DNA of 64,000 nucleotides from Polymyxa betae A26-41 (Eukaryota; Protista; Endomyxa: Phytomyxea). The position numbers and the translations under genes were made by a program. The notes under the pieces were generated by a model. That model saw nothing but the letters and a program-made list of their open reading frames with translations, was not told where the DNA came from and did not search any database. Positions 12,192-24,229 of this stretch are shown one piece after another (within the stretch, counting starts at the first letter, position 1; each line of letters begins with the position of its first letter). The DNA lies in assembly GCA_003693705.1 (NCBI GenBank), contig RBZT01000711.1, positions 1 through 64,000 on the forward strand, written 5' to 3'.

Positions 12192-15100
12192 TTAGCTGAT
12201 TATGATCCGGCCTTCCGTGACCTTCTCACGTATTAAGTGATAACGAACGTAGATGTGTTTGGTTCTTGTTTTGTTGCAGTGGTTGTTCTCCAATAATATC
12301 ACCCCTTGGTTGTTTTGAAAAAATGTTGACTTTTTCTTGTTTATGATGCCGACTTCGAAAAATAGGTTTTGTAGACATAAGGCTTCTTTTGTTGCATCAC
12401 AAGCGGCAAAGTATTCCGCCACTGTGCTTGATAATGTGACCGGCTTTTGTTTTGAGCTTTGCCATGATACAGTATTTTCTCCAAGCTTGTAATTCCATCT
12501 CGTGATGGATTTTCGATCGGCTTTATCTCCTGCGTAATCGCTGTCAGCCCATCCGGTTAATTCAAAGATTCTCTTTTTGAAGTTCAATCCGAATCCTTCT
12601 GTTGTTTTGATGTATTTGATGATGTGCTGAATCAAGTTCCACAGTTGCTTGCTGGGCTTTGTAGCATGTCGTGCGACTGAATTGACTGGGAAAGTGATGT
12701 CGGGTCTTGTGTTGTTAGCGAGATGCCTGAGTGAACCAATTGCTTCTCTGACTGGGTAGCTTTTATCACTTTCGTTTTGGTCTTTTTCTGGGTCATAGAT
12801 TTTGTCCTTCGGTGTTGATCGGCCTCTGGAGTTCTCCTGACCGAATATCTTTACAATCGAGCTGGCGTATTGCGTCTGAGTGAGTAATATGCCGTTGTCG
12901 GTCATTGTTGCTTCAATTCCCAAAAACTGCTTTAGGTTGCCTAAGTCCTTCATTCGGAATCTTGATGACAAAATTTTCTTGATGTTGTTGACTTCATTTC
13001 GGTCGTTGCCTGTGATGAGGAGATCGTCAACATAGGTGCCAATCAATGTCAGGCTGTTGTTGTAAAGCTTATGGAATATACAGGGCTCCTTCAGGGTTTG
13101 TTTGAAGTTTGCTGATTTAATGGCGTCGACGAGATCATGCTGCCAGGCGCGTCCAGATTGTTTTAGCCCGTACTGTGCTTTGTTAAGCAGACAGACTTCT
13201 CCGCCTTGCTTGGTGAGGCCTTCGGGCTGCTGAATATAAATCTGAATTTATAACGGGGCATTGAGGTAAGCTGTAGAAAAATCGTAGTGGTGGATTCACC
13301 AATCTTTGTTGACTGCGATGCAGATGAGGATTCGAAGAGATGTACCTGTGAGCACAGATGAGTAAGTTTCGTGATAATCGATTCCGTATTGTTGGGTGCA
13401 GCCTTTCGCAACAAGACGTGCTTCATAACGCTTTTCGCCATTCGGGAGTCGCTTTTTCGTGAATATCCATCGCGATTGAATTGCCTTCGTAAGCTCTGGT
13501 AGATTGTCAATGCCCAGGTTTCGTTTTTCTTATGTGTTTTCAGTTCCTCGAGTGCAGCTTCATGACATTTTGCCGCGTCTGGCATCGACATTGCCTCTTT
13601 GTAGGTTCGTGGGTATCCAGTTGATGTATGGGGTCCGTAAAGGTCCGTATCAATTCCATATTACTAAAATGGTTTCCAGAGGGTCAGTGCTGTTTTCAAG
13701 TATCGGTGAATTTGACGGGGCTGCAATAATGATTGTTCATCGAATGTAAAATCTCGTCGAAAGAATATTTTCTTGCTCTCAAGGTGTTGTAGGATATATC
13801 CCTTCTGGTATGGCGCCTAACCGAGGAATCGGCATTTGATAGAAGTCGGCTGAATCGAGGTTCGGACTGATGGGTCAATATTCGCGTATACTGTACATCC
13901 AAAAGGCCTCAGGTGATTCATGTTTGGTTTGGCTCCGATCCAGAGCTCGTGTGGCGTGCGCCAGTTAATCCGGCGTGTAGGGAGGCGATTTAACGTGTAC
14001 ACTGCCTGATGCACGGCGAACGACCAATAATCGTACGACAGTTTCGACCCGATCATATTCAACGCGCCATGGCCATGATGATCTGATTTCTTCGTTCGGC
14101 TTGTCCATTCTGTTGCGAGCTGTAAGGAACTGTTCGTTGATGTTTGATGTTTTTCTGAAGCAGAAATAGGCTCTTGTCCCGGTTGAAGTGTTCCCAGCCG
14201 CTGTCTGTTAACATCATTGCTACTCGCAGCTTCGTCTCCGCTTGACTGCTGGTGAAGAACCGCTTCATTGCGTTGAGCACTTCTTAGGCGTTGTTATGCT
14301 TCAGTAATCCGATACCTGTCCATGTAGAATAGAGGCAGTTGAAGATGATATAATATCGGAACCATTCGCGACTTGGTACAAAGAATGGTCCTTTGATGAC
14401 AGATGAGATAATTTCAAACGGTCGTGTCGGTTTCGTTCGACGTTCCTTCGGGAAGGGCTGTCTTCTCGATTTTCCGTGTGCACATTCTTCGCAGAAGCTC
14501 CGATCTTTGCTGTTGACGCTGATGCCGTCAGTGGAATCTGGAATGTGCTGAAGACGCTCGTCTGATGAATGGCCAAATCGCCTGTGCGCCAGTTCCATGC
14601 TGATGCTGGAATTCGATTCGATAATGGAGATGGCGTTAATGGAGTCCGTTACGTTCTTCTGCTGTAATCACCGAATTGCCACTTCGATTGATGATCTTCA
14701 GCTTGTCCTGGATAAGCACGGTATATCCCTGTTCACGGAACGATTTTGTGGCTAATAATGTCTTAGTGATGTTCGGTGCGAACAAGACACAAGACATTGT
14801 TGATGGTGATTGATGGATTTCCTGAAACGGTTAGTGATCCTGTTCCATATGCAAAAATTTTACCGCGATTGCTGGATGTGATTACGAGCGGCGTTTCGAT
14901 GCCGTTGTAATTCTGGAGGATCGACTTCTCGTTGGTCATGTTGACGTTGGCCCCGCTGTCGATTAGGTACGTTTTTCGTTTCTGTCGGGTGCTGGTTGAT
15001 GTGTGAAACCCTTTGAGCTCTGCAGATTCGTCATCTGTCGTAACAGCGGTGTTGTTTGCCGCCACGGTCTTGGTTTTTCTTGAATTTCGATTGAGTTCTG

Positions 15101-15830
15101 GGCGTAAGATGCCGCATTCGCTGTTCGAGTGATTGTTCATCTTGCACTTTGAACAGAATTTTGTGGGCTTGAAGTTTTTCAGGCGGGAATTCAACGTTTT
15201 GATCTCTGAATTCAGGCAGTTGAGATCTGCTTGAGGGGCCAATACCGCGTCAGAAGATCCTGCGTCCCGTTCGGCTGATAACAACAAATTGGTCAGTCTT
15301 GGGATCGTGTTCACCTGCGACGCTCTTGCGGCAGTTTTGGTTTGCTGGTAAGTTTCCGGGAGACCTTCTAACGCTTTCGTGCATAAGGCAATTTCACCAA
15401 TGATGATGTCATATGTGTTGAGGTCGTGGTATAGTCCAACAAGCTTGTCCAAAATATGATTTCATGGATTCAGTAGGTTTTTTCTTGAGGTGCATGAACT
15501 ATAGGAATAACTTTGAAGCTTTGGATTCCGCACTTTCGTCATAAACTCCTTTGAGCGGCCTCCATATCTCGTTTGCCGTCCTGCATTGTGACACTTGTTT
15601 GTACTGAGCTTGAGGAAGCCGCATTAGTATCTGAGCGGCAGACAATTTGTCGTTCCGCGCTTCATGTCGAAGTTCGGCGTTAGGCGGGTGTTCTAAGTAT
15701 GTCTCGATACACATAATCGTGAACTAGGTCTCGAGATTCCGCTTGAATTCTTCCTAAATAGAGCCATTGAATTGGGGGATGAGTTTGAGACCTGAGTTGT
15801 ATTTCGCCAGGTCGACTTCGTCAGAGAGTC
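12192..15830 (-). pseudogene. Copia-A gag-pol polyprotein, fragmented
   Basis: ORFs 15499-15714, 14763-15452, 14284-14598, 14059-14280, 13817-14062, 13163-13591 and 12192-13046 in GAG-PR-INT-RT-RH order. Confidence 0.93.
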
Positions 15831-15991
15831 GATGGACCGAGGTTGAAGCTCGAATTCGACTTGAAAAATTGTTGGGCCGTTCGGACTTGGCTGTTTGGTG
15901 CTGGTTCATAATCGTCAGCGAAATGAGCGCTCGGACGTCGGCTTATCGCTGGGACCATCGTAGCTGTAGAGTTCGAGTAGGACTCTTTATC

Positions 15992-16114
15992 TGTTAAACG
16001 AGGCGATGGGAGATTATGAGTATCAAAAGAAGTGCAGAAGTTGTATTGAGGTAAACTCATTTTAGGTAAATTGCCATAGTTGATTCACACATGCGTTAGT
16101 GTCTTGTGTTAACA
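15992..16114 (-). repeat. Copia-A 5' LTR, followed by PBS GATAAAGAGTCC
   Basis: Direct repeat of 11688-11810. Confidence 0.95.
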
Positions 16115-16119
16115 GATTC

Positions 16120-17610
16120 AAAGGTTCCATCATCGACCAAGAGATTCAAGATGAGGATGTTACTGCCCGGTTCTAGGTTCGACTCTCACACAGGTGCAAA
16201 GGTTATTGTCATACCACAAACGATTTTAACATGCTCACCATAGATGGAATCGGAATAATGGGAAACCTTCGCCTCGGACAACTTGCACCAAACAAGGGTA
16301 ATGCGCCATGTTTGGGTCAGTTGAGAATCGGGGAAACAGGGGGATCTCTTCGCCTGTACAAATCAAAGACAGAAATTCATCGCGATAACGATTTAGTAAA
16401 ATATGCCAGAGGAAGTCATGAGTCCACGAGATTCAATCAATTAGGATGGATTAACAACTTGATTGAATCTCGGCGACCAAATCGAAAGACACGAACAAGT
16501 CCGGTTTTTCAAACGAAAACCGGGTGACCAATTCGTGGTCCCGCGTTCATCAAGTGGCTGAGATTGAAAACAGAAATTGGAGAGCTGTCTGTGAAATTCT
16601 CCGGACACTTCTTAAGAATCGGAGGGATGAACGAATTTCGGAAAGCCGGTGTCATTAAGGGGTGATAAAGGCTCACGGCCGGTGGAGCAGTGATGCTGTG
16701 AACAGATACTTGCGAATATATGACGAAGAGGAGACAAAGGATTTAAAATCGCTGTTGAGCTAACTGAATACCAAATAAAAAACGTGCAGACGTTGAGATA
16801 CGGCAGCGACTGCGGATTCAGCCGATTTACTAGGAAGATTAGCTCCAGCTTCTTTTATTTTTGAAGGCGTAATGTTTGGAGGTCCAAAAACTAAATCTTT
16901 GTCGAATCGAGGGGGCAGGACTCTTATTCCCTCCCTCCCGACGGCGAATTTGGCCTCCGCCTTAAACACACAATCGTAAAAATAATACCGATAATTGGGA
17001 TCTGGCAATGAAGGAACGAAATCAGCAAGTATCGAGATTATGGGTAAAATGATGAAAATTCAAATGTTCTATCATAGACAAAAGATTCAAGATGCGACTG
17101 TTTCTGTCAGAATATAGGTTCGACTCTCTCACAGGTGGTTTAATGTTTTTGTTTTAATGTCCACAGCCAAATTCTGCGTTGCGTGAACTGTGCTGATGGT
17201 ACAGTAAAGAGAAGTTCGGCTGCCGCGTGGCTGTTGTGGAGCACAAGGGCCCACTGGGATCCCAGTGTTTCAAGGACTGAGACACTGTACCCTTTCTAAC
17301 AACACCAGTGGGTTAACACCACAGCAGGTTGGCGCAAGCTCGGGCCTTAGCGTGATCACCCGACTTCGATGCCTCTATCTTGAATCGTTCTTCAAACCTG
17401 TCGACAACTTCAACATCGAATCACCCGTTGCCTACCCAAGCCAAGACATTGAAAGAAATCTGCAGTTGAAAACCCAAACTCGCGAATCTAAGGGAGGTCC
17501 AGAAGGTAGATCTTTGGCGAACTGAGGGGACAGGATTCGTATTCCCTCCCCCCCGATGGCGAATTGGCCTCCGCCTTAAACACACAATCCTAATAAATTA
17601 TACCGATAAT
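16120..17610 (-). repeat. Interleaved diverged repeats A (16120-16200, 17040-17140) and B (16905-17000, 17523-17610) in a degenerate unknown gene
   Basis: Blocks AGATTCAAGATG..TAGGTTCGACTCTC.CACAGGTG and GGCCTCCGCCTTAAACACACAATC each occur twice. Confidence 0.75.
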
Positions 17611-19037
17611 GTGATGCTAGATCGGGTACAGAGATCGAGTACTAGTTTTTTTGAAAAAAAGAGCGAGTTTGAATGGTGAATAGCACGCTGGATTTTTTTC
17701 TGTATTAGGTTAGGGAAGTACTCCCAAGTTTTTACAGTCGAGCAGAAATCTTTCTTTATTAAGTGTGACGCCCAGGCGCGGGTGTACCAGTCGGAGGACT
17801 CCTTTCCTTTCTACAGCGCCCAGGGTTCGCCTATTCGTTAACGCCATCGGTGGGAAGTGTCGGTTGCATTGCACTGTCTTCAGCAAAAAGCTGCTTGGAT
17901 GGGCAAGCAAATATAATATTCCACTGTTTGACGGTAACACTAACAAGTTATGCAATTCGTTTATTAATTTTCTGATCTGTAAATTGTTGGCATATAACCC
18001 TGTAAACACAGTCATTTAATTTCGCAACCGCTGTAATTGGGAGACTACAGACGAACGTTCTTTTGGACACCATTGCAAAAACCAAAGAATTACCTATTCA
18101 TTATAAGCACTGCTTATGAAGGAATCTGTCCCGAACTAGGGCAAATTCGCCTTTAAGCAGGTTGTATGCTTCCAGAACTTCGAGTGGTTTCGATTTATAA
18201 TCCTTGATGAATCCGAGGAATTTACGCATCGTTCGATTCAGATTCTTTTCAACGGATTGCAAAAAGGGAACAGCGGGGTTCTCCACAATGTCAAATGTAG
18301 CTTAGTCTGCAGAACCAGTTCGGGGCCCGCCTTCTGCTCAATCAATCAGAACATCACTCACTCCATTACATGTCACCGAAAGCACCTACGTTCAGGCCAA
18401 GGTTCATTGACTTCCTTCAGGTTCCAGGTGATTTCACTCATTTCACCAAGTTGCGCCTGTTGTGATTCAACCTTTTCAAACTGAATTTAAACAGCAGGGA
18501 CCACGCTCTCCGGAATAAGGGAATTCTTAGTTGGTGACTGTACTAACCTGGTTGATCTCTCTCGAACGGACAAGCTGGATTGTTACGTCCGACCCCGTTT
18601 CTTCCGGTTTTTCTGCAGGCAAAATTTTGATTGGACTTTCTTCGAGTCTGGTTCCTATGAATCGCGGAAATTGCTGGCATATTGACATTATTCTTTGAGG
18701 GCAGCCCGCTCTCTTATGCTGCCTTGAAGGTGGTTGCAATGCTATTTGTACCACTGCAAAATCAGAACTGTTCGGATCAAATGCATTCTTCAGCTCATTA
18801 AGCAGCATATTGCCTTTAATAACCGACAACTCAGAAAAGGTGGTCATTGCTGTTAGATCCCTTTTTCAACGATTTGCTGGAGAGCTTTTTCAGTTTCTGG
18901 TAACGTCTCGCTGTGTCGTTGGACAAGCAGTTTTCTGATTTTGTGCCAGATCTTCGCGCTGAATTTCATCAGTACAACAATCTGTTGGTTCGGTCACACC
19001 ATCACCTGCGACTTCATACTCGGTTCACAAGATAAAT

Positions 19038-19502
19038 AGGGGGTATCAAAGTTAGGTTAAGAATCGATTCTCAGGGGCTCAAAAACATGCCGGAGAATCG
19101 ATTCCCCTAGGGGGTATCAAAGTTGAAATGTTGAAATGGCCGCTTCTCCTATCAAGTTAAATTTTTCAAGTAATTTCGTTGCAGTAAACCATTGCCAGAA
19201 ACTCCTTGCTGGAACGGCGACAATCATCGTTACCGTCATCTGCATTATGGGTTGTAGAATTTCACATTGTCTTAGCAGAAGGAAGGCGTGCAGGCGTACG
19301 CGCCTGGGGAGCAGGCGTCCTCATTCCTTTTTGAGAGCTGTTATGCAGAACAAAGAAAATTGTTTATTCCATGACGAGGGTGGATTAGATAAGAAGAATT
19401 AGTCACTGAAAATTAACTCCGTGGGAGAATCGATTCTCCCGTAAGAATCAGGGGATTCGACGATTCTTAAAAGGCGGGAAGATCCTAACTTTGATACCCC
19501 CT
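19038..19502. mobile_element. MITE with perfect 19-bp TIRs
   Basis: AGGGGGTATCAAAGTTAGG / CCTAACTTTGATACCCCCT; extra internal TIR copy at ~19108; repeated palindrome GAATCGATTC; TSD is either TA or AAAT/AATT. Confidence 0.9.
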
Positions 19503-21329
19503 AATTTAAAGACTTCAATGCTTTGTTCATCAAGTGGTGAATTTCCAATCGCCCTCTGGGATGCAATACCGATTTGCTGAACGTCTCCCATCCTTTGCCC
19601 TCATATACTGCACATATTGCGCCGCACGGTAACATTGTTGAAGAGATCCCGAGCTATTGCATGATGCAAACGACTTTGACTCCATTGGATCATGGCAGCG
19701 GACAGAATGTGGAGGTTTTTGCGAATTCTACGGTTCACGGACCAACTTTTGTCATCATCTTGCCACTCAAGTTTTTAACAAATTTGAAAATACAATTGGG
19801 CGAGCTTTTTAAGTCTTTTCCACATGCTTGATGAGCGTCCTAATCAGGTCCAATATTTGACACCTTATCGCAGGCAGATAAGAGATGCTGAGAATATTTC
19901 AAACAAATTGAAGTTCTTCAGATCTTGCTTCAGGAAGACATTCTGCTTGATTCAAGCGTTGTTTGACTCGGCCAGCTAGGAGGAAACATGACCAGCTGAG
20001 AAAAGTCGTGCTGTTTTCGTTGCAAAATCCCTGTCAGCATCATTCCTCAGTTTGGCGAAGAATAGCAAGCGCCGGAAATACTTTCATTTTTTTGCATGCA
20101 AACCTGAAATTCTGAAGACAGATTTTCGTCAGTGGGGAGGACATTATGGGTGATGGACTTGCAGTCTCTGATGAATTCTACTCCAGTTGCGCTCACCATT
20201 CCCGTTTTAACTGAAATCATTGCTGTCCGGTAATGTTTAAACCAAAGAAAGTGCTGCATAATGAATTCCTGAGCAGTTATAGCATAGTCTTAGGCTCGTC
20301 AGACATAACATCACAACTTGTCATAATCAAAAGCAGGCAACAGGTTAGCTGTCAGATATTTGATAAGACTGCCGTTATGAATCTGCTAATCAAGAATTAC
20401 CTTAGCTATTGCGTTCGCTTCCAATCCGCTGCCAGCAGTGGTTGTGAACAACATAGCAGAGCCGAAAGAATCTGTTTTGGTCGCTTCACAATAGCATAAT
20501 CAACAGCCCACGTGACTGCACCGAATCCATTATTCTAGTGAAGAGCGTATGAACCAAGAGATGCATTCAATGATTGGATATGGAGATGACTACACATTGG
20601 TGGCACAAACTCTCCAAGCGGCATATAACCTGCCCCAGGGCGAATCCGCATTGGTTCGGGATAGACCGTCTCATCAAAAGTGGACGGATAATCTAGGTAA
20701 AATCATTGTGGATCTTCAAGTTCTCTGAAGATAGTGTTATAAGCTGAATTTAGTGGATCAATTGAAGTGGGCGAGCAAATTGACAAATTCGACCGTCCAT
20801 CCTGCTGAAAACCAAAACTCCATCGAAGTTTTATCAGTGGAAACTCAAAATCTTTAATACTCATAGGTCAAATTTACGGGTGCTCTTAATTGAAGCTAAT
20901 ATTTACCCTCTGCTGAAACTGCCCCTGGACATCGCAGCAACTAACTGACCAGAAGGTACAATAACAGCTACACAGCTTTTAGTCCAGGTCCTACTTAAGC
21001 AGTATTCCACACAGAACGAAACCCAGCAGGCGCACTCAGAAGAAAGCTACGGCGAGTAAGCATGGACCAAGTGCACGAGTGCAGGTGGAGAGTGGGCGAT
21101 TATAGACCCTTCTATTCTTTTTGTCATCGCCCTACTATGACCGGATCGATGGCAGAATGTCAAGTGCCTGCGGCACGCTTGCACCCGCAGTCAAACAATA
21201 GTTTCTGTACAACAGTGAAATTAAAACTGCGGAAGAGGCTGCAAGTGCTTCAGGCATGAGGCACGCGTGCTTCAATCACGCGTGCTTCAAAATATTAACC
21301 GGAATTCATACGCACCGAGAAAAATGATT

Positions 21330-22668
21330 CACTGACGAGCACAAATTTGGCTGATTGGGTTAATGAATATTTGCATCACAAACTTGGGCTTGAATTGCCT
21401 TTGGCAATATCTGCTAGAACAGGTTAAAGATGGCTCAACGTTTTGGGATTACATTTTGGCAAGTTCATGCAAGGATTATAAAATGACGGCCACGAACGCG
21501 ATGATGTCAGATATCGTATTGGCTTTCTTGAAAGAATGTCGTCCTACGAAAAACGCATCATACATTTCGCTGGCGATTTCATTGAAACACCAATTTCTCC
21601 AGCGCTTGCAGACGTCGAGAAGACATTAATTCTTGTGACCGATGATGAATCGTGCTTCGGATCATATGACGGGCGGAGTCACTGCTGGATCGATGAAAAT
21701 TACAGACAATTTCGACCGCAAGGCAATGGGTGGAGTGTGATGGTTTCATCATTCCTGTGCGAATGCCATGGAATTCTCAAAAGTAGGAGATGAGCTCCAA
21801 GCTCAGCATCTGAATGTTCCAGCCGACTCTACAGTGTCTCCTCAAACCTGGGGTTAATGCTGAGGGATATAGGAAAAATAGTGATTTCTTCACCCAGGTG
21901 AAAGAGAAAGCTCTTCCCATTTTCAAAGTATTGCATCCCAATTGTGATGGACTGTTTATGTTTGATAACAGACAGAGCCATCTCGCCAAACCACCTGATG
22001 CGCATAACGTTACCACAATGAATTTGAAAAACGGAGGTGTCAACAAACCGATTATGAGGAACGGGTGGTTCATTGACGGTAACGGTGATCGCGTTGATCA
22101 AAGAGCGGTTATCGAGGATGGAGTCCCTTCGAAAGGCCTGTCACTGGTTCTCCGAGAAAGAGGTTTAGGGCATTCTTCCTTGAATGTCAAAGAAGCCAGA
22201 AAAATTCTTTCTGAACAGCCAGATTTCCGCGAACAGAGAGAATGGCTGGAAGAGACTGTCATTCACGAAGGGTATCTCATTGATTTTGACACAAAGTACC
22301 ATTGCGATTTTTATTATGTCGAGATGTTTTGGGGTGCGGCAAAGGCATGGTCTCGTGCTCGCTGTACTTTTAATTTTACCGACCATGTAGCCCTTGTTCC
22401 AAAAGCTCTTGAGAGTGTTTCTCTTGCCAAAATCAGAAAGTTCGCCCGGAAATCATATCGATACATTGACGCTTATCGCGCCAAAGATGCTGGAGGAAAC
22501 TCTTTAAGTTGCCAGCAAATTGAATATGCCGTCAAGAAATATCGGGGCCAACGCAAAATTCCAATGCGCATTTTAGTACTGTCGCGCTCTTTGTTTCGCA
22601 CTTTTTTGTTTACGCATATGTTCGGAATCAAATTGCAACAAATTGTAGAGTTAAGCTGTCCGCTACGG
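21330..22668 (+). mobile_element. IS630-Tc1-mariner superfamily transposase with a long insert in the catalytic core; pseudogene
   Basis: LVTDDESCF, VMVSSFL, FMFDNRQSH, KGL..VLRERG, TKYHCDFYYVEMFWG and YAVKKYR motifs; about 118 aa between second D and E; possible right terminus ..CTACGG followed by TA. Confidence 0.85.
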
Positions 22669-22669
22669 T

Positions 22670-24062
22670 AGAGGCGTTTTTCTTTGACTCGATCCTCGTG
22701 AACACCCATTTGCTTTTTATAGGATATGGCGTCTCTGTATGTTGCTGGCACTGTATCAGCTGTTGCGTTGTAGGCCACGTTCGCTGTCGAAGAATACTTT
22801 TCATAACTGATTGCAAGTGGGTCAGAGTTTGGGCTGTTAACGGTACCGTTGCTGGTGTTCGTACGTGGGATTGACCTTGCGTCAAATGTTATGGTTCTGC
22901 GAACCAGGATCTTGTCGTTTTTTCGCTCAATTTCGTAGCCTTTCGAATAATGAGTGTATCCTACGAAAATATCGCCTTCTGCTGTTGGGCCTAGCGCTGC
23001 TCGTAAAGATTTGTCGATCAGAGTGTAGCAGTACATCCGAAGGGATGCATGTGGCGGATGTCAGGTTTGCTACCGTGCCAAAGTTCTTGTGGTGTTGTCA
23101 AATTCAGCGATTTTGCAGGTAAACGATTGAATGTGTATACAGCATAGCATAGCGAATTCCCAATACTCACTTGGTAATCCGGATTCGATAAGAAAGTTTC
23201 TAGTAACATTCATAATTGTATGATTCCGTCTCTCTGCAGTACCGTTCTGCTGTGGGCAGTACGGGACCGTCCTTCAATGTTTGATGTTTTTCGTTAGTGG
23301 GAGATCGCTCACGGTTTTGTTCACATACTCTCCACCATTATCTGTTAACGAAATATTTGATTTTTGTTTCGTTTCCGCTTTACCGTCTCTGCACCTCTTG
23401 CGGCGTTTTACTCTTCAGGAAGGTAACCCAACACCATTTTGAGTACAGGCAATTGAACGTGATATAGTATTGAGAACCTTGGCTTGTTGTAAGAAATGGT
23501 CCCTTCAGGTCTGAGCTTACGATCTCGAAGGCAAGGGTCGGGTTTGTCGTCCTCTCGTCTGGAAACGGCTGTCTTCTCGATCTCCCTAGTGCGCAACTGC
23601 TGCATGTAGGTCTTTTGGAGTCTCTGATTTCGACACCATCACAATGATCGATAAGCTGTGTTAACCGTTCGTTAGCATCGTGTCCGAAACTTCGATGCGC
23701 TTCGTGCAGGCTGATGTGCTGAGCGACAACACTGGAGAAGTTTGATTCAGGCGAACTTGTGATCTCACGTAATAAAGGCCGTTATCGTTGTGGGCAGTAA
23801 GTAATGTAACTCCATCGCGTGTTTGTATGTACATATCTTTCTTAATTCATATAGTGTAGCCCATTTTGTGATCGAATCCGTCGAGATCAAGGTCTTCATC
23901 AGGTGCGGGACGTGTAGAACGTTTGGTATCAGGATTGACGTTTTTCCTGTTAATGTTAACGTTCCTTTACCGATTGCTTGAAGTGTTCCTCCGTTGCTGG
24001 CTTTACACTTGATGTCGCTGTGAATTTTCGTAGTTGATTAACCGACTTCTATTGGGGGGCCT
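22670..24062 (-). mobile_element. Copia-H piece 1 (protease tail, integrase, start of RT; 3' truncated)
   Basis: HRSFGH, PYCPQQNGTAE, YTFNRLP..WHGSKPD..HPFGC and KSKWVF motifs; same family as Copia-A. Confidence 0.85.
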
Positions 24063-24199
24063 TGTTTCTACGGAGAGTCGCTGTCGGGTTTTTAGGTAAC
24101 TTTAGGTTGTTGTATTAACCATCAGCTCCTCGTCCAACGCATCCCCGCACGAGTCACGCGGCGTCATCGTGCGTGACGTCATGCCTGATCCTCGAAACA
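24063..24199 (-). repeat. Copia-B 3' LTR
   Basis: TG..CA direct repeat; PPT-like GATCAGGGCGGC adjacent on the minus strand. Confidence 0.95.
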
Positions 24200-24229
24200 G
24201 CCGCCCTGATCTGACAGGCTGTCACGCAC

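Larger units (their letters stand above)
11688..16114 (-). mobile_element. Full-length degenerate Ty1/Copia LTR retrotransposon (Copia-A)
   Basis: 123-bp TG..CA LTRs; GATTC TSD; gag with CSKCKMNNHSNSEC knuckle; protease LIDSGA; integrase HRRFGH..CEEC; RT YVDD; RNase H WADSD; PPT next to the 3' LTR. Confidence 0.97.
10941..16200 (-). pseudogene. Unknown gene split by Copia-A; reading frame continues across the empty site
   Basis: Removing 11688-16119 gives LVDDGTFES-SSFYPPAPDL..., in frame with ORF 10941-11345 apart from two stops. Confidence 0.5.

Noticed and set aside
15445-15465. Programmed frameshift in Copia gag (TATTTTGGAC)
   Set aside because: One of many frameshifts in a decayed copy and in a homopolymer; the second copy is confounded by the MULE junction
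11688-16114. Fungal RIP mutagenesis
   Set aside because: Copia-A LTR differences are mostly transversions and CpA/CpG sites remain abundant
16170-17140. tRNA/SINE B-box-like GGTTCGACTC, seen twice
   Set aside because: No cloverleaf or A-box found; lies within a duplicated minus-strand coding module
17700-21100. Intact host gene
   Set aside because: Only short broken ORFs without recognisable domains; probably decayed coding sequence
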